Positions 15,489 through 23,003 of a stretch of DNA of 64,000 nucleotides are shown in pieces. Made by a program: the position numbers and the translations under genes. Origin of the DNA: Clostridia bacterium (GTDB lineage: Bacteria; Bacillota; Clostridia; Christensenellales; QALW01); contig JAFVVO010000025.1 in the NCBI GenBank assembly GCA_017502165.1, positions 8,854 through 72,853 of the forward strand. The letters are read 5' to 3'. The notes under the pieces are model-generated. The model saw only the letters and a list, made by a program, of their open reading frames with translations, was not told where the DNA came from and did not search any database. Every line of letters starts with the position of its first letter. Position 1 is the stretch's first letter.

Positions 15489-16607
15489 ATGAACAAGAAA
15501 CAGTATAATAATGTAATAGAAAATACATTAAAGCACGAACATGCAGACGATTCACTCAGCACAGCAAGAGCTATATTTGATAATATGGGCGTTGCATTGC
15601 CTCAGGGTGATATTAAGACTGTTTATGAAACCATCACAACCGACAATTATATGGGTTGGAAATCTTGCACAATGCAGGAAGCTCAAGCGGCTGCAGATAA
15701 AGGTGTAGCTGCAATAGGTATTAGTGGAGATAAAATTGTAGTTCTTTCTGCTAAGGATGAAGAACAGCCTGTAGCACAGACTGCATCGGTTATGACACTT
15801 GACGAAAAAACTTCTGCTTTTGCGGTTGATGGTATGCGATATTATTCGTATAATTACGGTAGCACAGGGCAAGGTGAGTGTACAACAGGTGGTTCATGTT
15901 GTCATTTTAATAGGTTGTTTAATAATAAAAATAAAGATGCATTGCTTAATGATTTAATTGCAATAATGGGGAATAGGCAAGATCTAATTTCACACTATAC
16001 GACAACTGAATGTGTTGACATTATTCTGAATTACGATAGTACGATAACAAGTTATTGTAATATGTATTGTGTTCCTAAAGAATTGGTGCAGACATTACTT
16101 CTTCGGGAGTTGTGGTGTGTCGATTCAATTGATACAGTAGCTGATGAGGCGGTAAAGGCATATTTTAGATGGAAGGAAGAATGCGAGAATTGGTCAAAAC
16201 TTTCGTTTGCTGAACAACTGATCATTCCTTATCCAGAAGCACCTCTTGTAATGCGAGAAGACTGCTCTACGGGATTAGGACAAATGTTTGCCTGGGTAGC
16301 GATTGATGCCAATAACCTTGCACGTAACAAGGGTCTTATTTCTACTAGGGCATATAACAAAGATGATTGGCATGATTGCAGAGAAGTATGGTTTAATTTA
16401 CACAACAATGATACTTTCGCAATAAAAATGACAACGCTTGAAATGTATCATTGTGCAGATTATGCCGGTATATGTGGTAGTTTATTCCATTGTAAAGAAG
16501 CTCAAATCAAGGCTATACTATCACGGTATAATGGTACGGGAACTGCTGCACAAAATTATGGTAACGAGTGTTACGAATATTACAAAATTTTCAAAAAATA
16601 TTCATAA
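15489..16607 (+). CDS. Two-domain protein with C-terminal lysozyme-like / lytic transglycosylase (SLT)-like region
   Basis: RBS AAAGGAGG. EDCSTGLGQMFAW resembles the SLT E-S...GLMQ catalytic motif. The protein is Cys-rich with no signal peptide. Confidence 0.4.
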   Translation: MNKKQYNNVIENTLKHEHADDSLSTARAIFDNMGVALPQGDIKTVYETITTDNYMGWKSCTMQEAQAAADKGVAAIGISGDKIVVLSAKDEEQPVAQTASVMTLDEKTSAFAVDGMRYYSYNYGSTGQGECTTGGSCCHFNRLFNNKNKDALLNDLIAIMGNRQDLISHYTTTECVDIILNYDSTITSYCNMYCVPKELVQTLLLRELWCVDSIDTVADEAVKAYFRWKEECENWSKLSFAEQLIIPYPEAPLVMREDCSTGLGQMFAWVAIDANNLARNKGLISTRAYNKDDWHDCREVWFNLHNNDTFAIKMTTLEMYHCADYAGICGSLFHCKEAQIKAILSRYNGTGTAAQNYGNECYEYYKIFKKYS

Positions 16608-16629
16608 TTATTAGAAAAGAGGAACAGTT

Positions 16630-16977
16630 ATGCATAAACTTAAAAAACTATTAAAAACCATTTTGTATACAGCATATGGATTCTTTTCCGCCTTATATAC
16701 ACCAAGCTTTTTGAGTGTAGCATTTAACTTTACTCACGGTGCGGCAAATAATCCTGATGGGGAACTTTCCATACCGATTGGTATAGTAATTTTACTCACT
16801 ATTATAGCAATAGATATATTAATAATAGCAAAAACTATTAAATCTAGTGGCATGACAAAATTTGAAAAGGTGCTGACCATTTTACTTTTTGTAATCGTTA
16901 AAATTATTGGTTTAATGGTAGATCAAGACGGATGGAAAAATTTCATACATTGTTTCAAGTGGAAGTTTATGCAGTAA
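16630..16977 (+). CDS. Small 3-TM membrane protein (holin-like topology)
   Basis: 115 aa with RBS AAGAGGAA, three hydrophobic segments and a basic C-terminus. Confidence 0.4.
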   Translation: MHKLKKLLKTILYTAYGFFSALYTPSFLSVAFNFTHGAANNPDGELSIPIGIVILLTIIAIDILIIAKTIKSSGMTKFEKVLTILLFVIVKIIGLMVDQDGWKNFIHCFKWKFMQ

Positions 16978-17101
16978 TAAAAACAAATTCATATACAAAG
17001 AAAAAATTATTCTGTATTCGCCGCAAATCATACCAAAATCTTTTTCGGTGGATTAGCGGTGCTACTTTCCTTCTTTCTAACTTAAATAAACATTCTGTTT
17101 T

Positions 17102-17135
17102 CCGCCTGCATTTTAATAATGCAGACGGTTTTGTA
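17102..17135 (+). terminator. Terminator of the island operon
   Basis: CCGCCTGCAT ... ATGCAGACGG followed by TTTTG. Confidence 0.55.
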
Positions 17136-17137
17136 TA

Positions 17138-17183
17138 GGTGAGTTATACTATTAAGTGTTGTACTTAATAGTATAACTTCACC
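17138..17183. repeat. 20-bp inverted repeat (long hairpin) at the right edge of the island
   Basis: GGTGAGTTATACTATTAAGT gttgt ACTTAATAGTATAACTTCACC, with a single 1-nt bulge. Confidence 0.8.
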
Positions 17184-17191
17184 ATTAAAAC

Positions 17192-17218
17192 AAAAAAGAC
17201 GGCATTTGCCGTCTTTTT
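17192..17218. terminator. Terminator hairpin, duplicate of 14396-14423
   Basis: See the feature at 14396-14423. It serves the convergent GNAT gene. Confidence 0.7.
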
Positions 17219-17684
17219 AATTTTCAAACGTTAACACAGTTTCCATTTCGTTAAGATGATGGATTTTCGGATTGTATTTTTCGGTAATTTTCGTCCAGAA
17301 CTTTTTCGCACCGATGTTTTTCTCGTTAAATTTTATTTCCCATTTGCCCTTAAAGGTGCTTAAAACTAAGGTAGCCGCTTCAAAGCCAAAGCCGTTGCGC
17401 CTGAAAGCAGGAAAAATCGTAAATTCCGCCATAGTGTAGTCGGGATTTCCCCCAAGCACAGAATAGGGGTTAATCATAACGAACCCAACCATAGTTTCAC
17501 CGTTAAAAATAAAATAGGCTTTTCGCTTCGGGTCAACAAAATATTCGTCAAAATAACCGTAATGAAGCACACCCTTTTCGTCCATTTCGTCGGGATAATA
17601 AAGAGTCATTTCATAAAGATATTTTTGATTTATGTTCCAGAACCGCTCTCTGTCGGCTTGGGTGATGGGGTGTAGGGTTAGCAT
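17217..17684 (-). CDS. GNAT family N-acetyltransferase
   Basis: 155 aa. Contains FPAFRRNGFGFEAA, which matches acetyl-CoA binding motif A. Confidence 0.75.
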   Translation of the reverse strand: MLTLHPITQADRERFWNINQKYLYEMTLYYPDEMDEKGVLHYGYFDEYFVDPKRKAYFIFNGETMVGFVMINPYSVLGGNPDYTMAEFTIFPAFRRNGFGFEAATLVLSTFKGKWEIKFNEKNIGAKKFWTKITEKYNPKIHHLNEMETVLTFEN

Positions 17685-17817
17685 GGTTTTCTCCTATGAA
17701 GTGATTGGGATATTACGCAGGGACTTGCGTGCAAATGTGATTGAAACACCGAGCGATTTGAGCCTGCAGGGGCTTTTGTTTATGTTGTTGGAGCCTAATG
17801 CATCAGGCGATAGTTCG

Positions 17818-18984
17818 TTAGTTAGTATCAATTCCTACGTATCCCGTTTCTTCAATAATATACTGTCCTTCGTCAGAAAGTATCCAATCTATTAGTTTTT
17901 GTACGTTTTCGTTGGAATTTTCCTTTTGCGTCACGGCAAAAACAGGCGCAATTATTGCATAGGAGCCATTTTTTATATTTTCTTTAGTAGGAGCAACGCC
18001 CTCAATGGCTATCATTTTTATATCGGGATTTTTAATTATCCCCTCAACGTAGAAGCGAAAAGAAAAACCGATAGACGTAGACTTGTTTTTGTAATCTGCA
18101 ACCTGTTCAATAATGCCTCCCATACCTCCCACCTCTGTTTGCATATCAGGCTCAATGATGGGGGTGCCTTCCATAAAGCGAATGAGCATGCTTTGGCTTC
18201 CGCTGCCCTCGTTTCTTTGAAACGGAACGATCTTTTCATCTTTTCCGCCTACCTGACTCCAGTTAGTGATTTTGCCCGAGTAAATACCCTTTATTTGTTC
18301 TACGGTAAGACTGTCTATGGGATTATCCTTATGAACGAAAAAGACGAATGCTTCAGAGCCTATTTGCGTGTACTTGAAGGTTGTGCCATTTTCTTCGGCA
18401 AAAGAAATCTGTTCTTCGGAAGGAGCGGCACCGATGAAAATATCAGTCTCTTTTTTGGCAAGCAGTTCATAGCCGCGCAGAGTGTTATTATATTCAAAAA
18501 CTCCGTCGCGGAGCTTTGTTGTGTCGGGATATACTGCATTTACAAAGGCCGAATAAACCGGAAATGCCGCCGCGGCACCGTCGATAACTGGCAGCTGATG
18601 CTTTGGTACGTTTTCAAAATTAAGACTTTTACTGCGAAGCTTAACTATTTTAGAAGCTTCATCGAAGGGCATATAATCATTGACGTTGATGCTTGGAGTA
18701 GTGTCAATAGTTATGGAATCGTTATAGGCATTCATGCCTACCTGCGTACATACTAAGATGGTAAAACACAGCAGATACGACATATAAGCGATAAAATACG
18801 GTTTTCTCTTTTTGATCCATATTAAAGGAATAATAAGCGGAATAATCAACAGACTTGCAAAGATGGTTACACTCCAAAGTCCGCAAAAAGAAAGGAGTAC
18901 AAGCAGCATAAGTGAAACGTACGGAACGATTATTCCAAGAATAACCGTCAGCGTTATTTTGATTGACAAATGTGATTTTTTCAT
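17818..18984 (-). CDS. Membrane-anchored PstS-like (PBP superfamily) substrate-binding protein
   Basis: The N-terminus has several TM segments. It is followed by a PBP_like_2 pattern (IKGIYSGKITNWSQVGG...QRNEGSGSQ). Confidence 0.7.
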   Translation of the reverse strand: MKKSHLSIKITLTVILGIIVPYVSLMLLVLLSFCGLWSVTIFASLLIIPLIIPLIWIKKRKPYFIAYMSYLLCFTILVCTQVGMNAYNDSITIDTTPSINVNDYMPFDEASKIVKLRSKSLNFENVPKHQLPVIDGAAAAFPVYSAFVNAVYPDTTKLRDGVFEYNNTLRGYELLAKKETDIFIGAAPSEEQISFAEENGTTFKYTQIGSEAFVFFVHKDNPIDSLTVEQIKGIYSGKITNWSQVGGKDEKIVPFQRNEGSGSQSMLIRFMEGTPIIEPDMQTEVGGMGGIIEQVADYKNKSTSIGFSFRFYVEGIIKNPDIKMIAIEGVAPTKENIKNGSYAIIAPVFAVTQKENSNENVQKLIDWILSDEGQYIIEETGYVGIDTN

Positions 18985-19098
18985 ATACTCACCGCCTTTT
19001 TATATTACAATCATTATATCAGAAAATGCAGAGCAAATCAATTATCTATCAAAAATTTTGTGGAATAAATAGTGGATAATGGAAACAAGGTATAACAA

Positions 19099-19120
19099 AA
19101 AAACAGACCAACGGTCTGCT
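19099..19120 (-). terminator. Terminator-like hairpin following module X' (minus strand)
   Basis: The minus strand reads CAGACCgttGGTCTG followed by T7. Confidence 0.5.
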
Positions 19121-19128
19121 GAAGCGAT

Positions 19129-19288
19129 CGCAAAAAGTTGGTAGCGACTGTGAATCGTCGTGAGGGCGCTTGCAACCGAACAGATGAGCCGAGCGTGACT
19201 TTTTGCGAAAAAGGAGACGCAGCGCCAAAGGTATTGCGGTATTTTTTGATAAAAAATGCCGCAAGCCTTTTTTAGCTTGCGGCGACGA
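19129..19288 (-). repeat. Module X' (inverted copy of 4085-4243)
   Basis: The reverse complement aligns end to end with 4085-4243, including the GCCGCAAGC/GCTTGCGGC terminator. Confidence 0.8.
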
Positions 19289-19305
19289 GGTGCGAATGAA
19301 GGGAC
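19289..19305 (-). repeat. Exact 17-nt duplicate of the 3' end of tRNA-Leu(AAG) (equals 19605-19621)
   Basis: GGTGCGAATGAAGGGAC occurs at both positions. Confidence 0.95.
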
Positions 19306-19560
19306 ACGGTCGCTACGCGCCCTAACTGCTCAACGACCGCTCCGCTTACTTCGTAATGCTCGCAGTACCCGTTTCGCACAGCAAAGCTAAAAACGATTAT
19401 CAATCGTTTTATTAACGCTTTGCTCCCACTTTGGCTTCAAGTCCCGCGTCAGCACAAATTTCGCTCATACGCTTTCTTGAAAACAAGAAAGCTAAATCAC
19501 TCCATTGTGCTTCCTTTTCCCCAAAAAGCAATTCTGCTTTTTGGGGACCCCGTTTATTTT
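19306..19560 (-). ncRNA. Module Y' (second copy of the candidate structured element)
   Basis: The reverse complement aligns with 4302-4551. The stems are preserved. Confidence 0.5.
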
Positions 19561-19565
19561 AAATA

Positions 19566-19596
19566 ACAAAAAACCGAGCTCTTTTGAACTCGGTTT
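19566..19596 (-). terminator. Intrinsic terminator after tRNA-Leu(AAG)
   Basis: The minus strand reads AACCGAGttcaaaagaGCTCGGTT followed by TTTTTG. Confidence 0.65.
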
Positions 19597-19603
19597 TCTG
19601 TTA

Positions 19604-19688
19604 TGGTGCGAATGAAGGGACTTGAACCCTTACGTCTGTTGACACATGATCCTTAGTCATGCCTGTCTGCCAATTCCAGCACACTCGC
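19604..19688 (-). tRNA. tRNA-Leu with anticodon AAG (A34), type II
   Basis: The hand-folded sequence is GCGAGTG TG CTG GAATTGGCAGA CAG G CATGA CTAAGGA TCATG, a 13-nt variable arm, AAGGG TTCAAGT CCCTT CATTCGC A CCA. Confidence 0.85.
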
Positions 19689-19706
19689 AACTTATTGACG
19701 CCGTTA

Positions 19707-19735
19707 ATTATATTGTACTTTATTTAATCTGTCAA
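19707..19735 (-). promoter_or_regulatory. Consensus sigma-A promoter for tRNA-Leu(AAG)
   Basis: The minus strand reads TTGACA, a 17-nt spacer, then TATAAT, about 19 nt upstream of the tRNA 5' end. Confidence 0.6.
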
Positions 19736-19794
19736 GCACTTTTTTTCAAAAACGGGTAACAAGATTTTTTTATTTTGAAAATTGGGCGGCAGGA

Positions 19795-20490
19795 TCATCT
19801 TTTAATGTTTTCCAAGGGAATAAGGTGACCGTTGGAACGGAATGAATAAGTCTTCTCCCCTGCCAGAATAATATGGTCGGTAAGTATAATTCCCAGAGGC
19901 ATAAGTAAGGACTCAATGGTGTCGGTAGTTCTGATGTCCTCCACGGAGGGATCTACAGCGCCGCTGGGGTGGTTATGCACTAACAGTAGCTGCTTTGCCG
20001 AATACATAAGCACGTCCTTAATGAGACTGCGAGTATCCACGTTAGTTGAAAATGCGGAGCCCTCGGAAAGCTTAATGTGTTTAATTAAGTTCAGATGAGG
20101 ATCAAGCAAAAGCGCGTGAAGCATCTCGTTTTTCTCATATCGCAAAAAGGGACGCATATAGTTGCGGACGTCGGAAACAGTTTTTAATAACGGCTTCTTT
20201 TCCAGCTTGCCCTTTTCGTACATTTTCGCAATTTGCGGTATCATTTTAATCAGTACCGCCGAATTTTCGGAAATATATTTTACTTTCATCAGGTCTTCAA
20301 CGTCTGCGTCGATGACCTCCGCAAGAGAGCCAAAGGTGTTGATTAAATCGTGAGCAATTGGGTTTACGTCTATTCTCGGAATAGAATAGGTAAGCAATAA
20401 TTCAAGCACCTGATGCTCCGTTTTGCCCTCCAGCCCTACGGAAAGAAAGCTATTTCTTAAGTTTTTTCTGTGTCCGTCGTGAATACCCAT
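19795..20490 (-). CDS. radC: RadC-like JAB domain protein
   Basis: HNHPSG JAMM-like motif and a helix-hairpin-helix-like N-terminus. Start uncertain (ATG 20490 or TTG 20505). Confidence 0.8.
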   Translation of the reverse strand: MGIHDGHRKNLRNSFLSVGLEGKTEHQVLELLLTYSIPRIDVNPIAHDLINTFGSLAEVIDADVEDLMKVKYISENSAVLIKMIPQIAKMYEKGKLEKKPLLKTVSDVRNYMRPFLRYEKNEMLHALLLDPHLNLIKHIKLSEGSAFSTNVDTRSLIKDVLMYSAKQLLLVHNHPSGAVDPSVEDIRTTDTIESLLMPLGIILTDHIILAGEKTYSFRSNGHLIPLENIKR

Positions 20491-20520
20491 GAAAGTACCT
20501 TTCAAAAATTTTTTGTGTGT

Positions 20521-22929
20521 TTACTCGTTTCCGCTTGAAGCGGGTGTTGTCTCGGGTGTGGGAGTTGCCTCTCCGTCGGGAGCGGGTGCTGTCTCGGGAG
20601 TTGGCGTTGCTTCGGGTGTGGGTGTTGCCTCACCGTCGGGAGTAGGTGTTGGCTCTCCGTCGGGAGTAGGTGTTGGCTCTCCGTCGGGAGTAGGTGTTGC
20701 TTCGCCGTCGGGTGTAGGCGTTGCTTCGCCGTCGGGAGTAGGCGTTGCTTCGCCGTCGGGCGTAGGCGTTGCTTCACCGTCGGGTGTAGGTGTTGCTTCG
20801 CCGTCGGGAGCAGGTGTTACTGCGGGGGTAGGCTTAGCGGTGGGAGTAGGTGTAACGTCGGGGACAGGTGTTTTCCAATCGGGATTAACAACCGCAGGAG
20901 GAGTTGTTGCAGGCGCTCCTGAAGGATTGTATGCGGAATTAGTTCTGTTAGCGTCAACCATTTCCTTTAATTTAGCATCACCGTCAAGAGCCATATCTGT
21001 CCAGCCGTTTTTGGTAAAATGCTGATATTTTAATGCGTTAAGATTAATTCGCGCCAAAACCACGCCGGAATCACTGGTGGTGTGGTAATAGAGCCAGCCT
21101 CCAGCCTGAGAAAGCTCACTGCAAAGAATGTCACTTGAGAGCTTTGCGGGCGTCGCAATAGTTTTGAATTTAACGTAAAGAGAATTTGCGTCTGTTTCGC
21201 TGGTGTAAATCAAATAACGTGTGCCTGCCTGAATGTGATTGTATGCAGCGGGAATAATAGTAGTTGCGGCGGCTTCGTTAAGGCTGATAAGGGGAAGAGT
21301 AAGGCAATGCTTGTCGCTGTAATAACGGCGGTAGCAAAGGTTGTTTTCGTACATAAAGGGGCGGTCAACACGGGAAGAGAGAAGTCTTTGGGATTTTTCG
21401 GTAGTAATGTCGAAACGGTAAAGACGTTCTGCGTTCACGCGTGCGTCCTGCGTATAATAGAAGCTTCCCTTATAGAAGAACAGATGAGAAATATCTCTTG
21501 CCAAAATAGGCTGACGGTTTGATCCGTCCTTTTTTATTTTGAATAAATTGTTCTTATTAAGCGTGTTTGCAAAATATATCCAGTCATTGATAACTAAAAC
21601 GTAGGCGCTGGTGTCAACGGTTGTAACCGTTACGGGCGCGCCCCCTGAAACCGAAACCTTGGTTAAGTGGCCTGCACTGTCAAGATTACTGTAATAAAGG
21701 TATCCGTCGGAATAGTTGAGGTTTGCCGCCTTATGACTTGAAATAAGCGTCACGCTGCTTCCGTCGGGGCGCGATTTGAAGATTTTACCGCCGTTTGTTC
21801 GGTCGATATAATATAACCAGTTGCCTACCTGGCAGGCAATGGAATTGTTCTGAGCGTTAAAGGCGTTAGTGCCTAAAGCGTAAAAGGCCTGATAAGAATT
21901 TTCCGCGTTAGCCTCCAAGGAAAATAAATCTGCAATAATCAGCGGATCGTAATTGCTCATACGGGTGTATTTTGGGTCCTTGGAAAAGCTCTTATAACGA
22001 ATTGCGTCACCGTTGCGGACCTCAACGTGAATGTGGGTGTCGCCTGCAGGGTCGCCCGCGCTTCCGCCAAAGCCTAAAAGGTCACCTTTTTTAACTGTGC
22101 CGCCGCTTGTTACAAGCTGTCTTGCAGGGGCAATATCCTGCCCGTGAAGAATAAGCACCGTAAGGTTATATTCCTTAGAATAAATGGCAATAGTATTGTA
22201 ATCGTCGGAATTAAGAACCGTTAAGGTGCCGTCAATGGGCGAGTAGAAGGGACGGTTTTCCTGAGTGTTGAAATCGGTTGCGGTGTGAATATAATTTTCC
22301 AAAATTCCCGCAGTAGAGGAGTGCTTAGTTAAAAAGCCCTGAATAATGCTTCCGTAATCCTTGCCGAAATAGGATTTATCGTTGGTTTTGAACAGGTTTG
22401 AAGCAAGGCGGACGGCTCTGTCGTCCTCTTGATTGGGATTTTGAGCGTTATAGAAGGTAAGGTCGTCGTATTGGTCGGCATTGCTGAGACCGTAAATAAT
22501 GCCGGGAATATAATCGAATTTTGCGTATGCAAGCACCTTGCCGTCCTCGGTGGTGGATACTACGGCAATCCTGCGGCAGTCGGTGCCGGAAATAACAGCG
22601 CCCTTTTCGATTTTAGTCCAGGAAGAAGCGTCAAAGCCGGGCGCAAAATCTTCAAACTGACCGTTTGCACCGTAAACCTTGTATCTGAAAGTGCCTTCAA
22701 TGTTAGCGTCGAAAATAACGTCGCCTACGCCGTAGGGCGCTTGGCTTGCTCCGTAAAGAAGCATACCGTCGGAGAAAAATACCTCTTGCTTTTCCTCCTG
22801 AGGCTTGTCCGTTAAATCGGGCAAAACGGGAGCCTTAAATCTGTCCCAGGGCAAGAATATGGCGGTTACGGTCAGGGCGAGAATGAGTATTAAAGCCGTT
22901 ACAACCGTAGGAAAATATTTTTTAAGCAT
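20521..22929 (-). CDS. Membrane-anchored M23 peptidase with DUF5050-like beta-propeller repeats and a C-terminal Pro/Thr-rich tandem repeat
   Basis: N-terminal TM segment. The M23 motif is GDTHIHVEV. YY-rich propeller repeats follow, then about 9 copies of TPTPDGEA. Confidence 0.7.
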   Translation of the reverse strand: MLKKYFPTVVTALILILALTVTAIFLPWDRFKAPVLPDLTDKPQEEKQEVFFSDGMLLYGASQAPYGVGDVIFDANIEGTFRYKVYGANGQFEDFAPGFDASSWTKIEKGAVISGTDCRRIAVVSTTEDGKVLAYAKFDYIPGIIYGLSNADQYDDLTFYNAQNPNQEDDRAVRLASNLFKTNDKSYFGKDYGSIIQGFLTKHSSTAGILENYIHTATDFNTQENRPFYSPIDGTLTVLNSDDYNTIAIYSKEYNLTVLILHGQDIAPARQLVTSGGTVKKGDLLGFGGSAGDPAGDTHIHVEVRNGDAIRYKSFSKDPKYTRMSNYDPLIIADLFSLEANAENSYQAFYALGTNAFNAQNNSIACQVGNWLYYIDRTNGGKIFKSRPDGSSVTLISSHKAANLNYSDGYLYYSNLDSAGHLTKVSVSGGAPVTVTTVDTSAYVLVINDWIYFANTLNKNNLFKIKKDGSNRQPILARDISHLFFYKGSFYYTQDARVNAERLYRFDITTEKSQRLLSSRVDRPFMYENNLCYRRYYSDKHCLTLPLISLNEAAATTIIPAAYNHIQAGTRYLIYTSETDANSLYVKFKTIATPAKLSSDILCSELSQAGGWLYYHTTSDSGVVLARINLNALKYQHFTKNGWTDMALDGDAKLKEMVDANRTNSAYNPSGAPATTPPAVVNPDWKTPVPDVTPTPTAKPTPAVTPAPDGEATPTPDGEATPTPDGEATPTPDGEATPTPDGEATPTPDGEPTPTPDGEPTPTPDGEATPTPEATPTPETAPAPDGEATPTPETTPASSGNE
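20560..20830. repeat. 24-bp in-frame tandem repeat (coding, TPTPDGEA units)
   Basis: The unit CCGTCGGGAGTAGGTGTTGCTTCG recurs about 9-10 times with point variants. Confidence 0.85.
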
Positions 22930-23003
22930 AAAAACCTCGAAATTTTAACAATGTAAGGAAACAAAGCGTCCCTGAAAAATATTATATACTATTTCTTTTA
23001 ATT

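Noticed and set aside
14396-17253. The island as a prophage or integrative element.
   Set aside because: No integrase, terminase, capsid, tail or replication genes are present. At most it is a remnant or a lysis-like cassette.
17899-18756. A 285-aa plus-strand ORF.
   Set aside because: It is entirely antisense to the well-supported PstS-like gene. It has an odd composition and no RBS.
20489-21025. A 178-aa plus-strand ORF (GVGVASPS repeats) and the 24-bp repeat as a possible CRISPR-like array.
   Set aside because: The ORF is antisense to the in-frame PT-rich repeat of the 802-aa M23 protein. The repeats are contiguous with no spacers, so this is not a CRISPR array.
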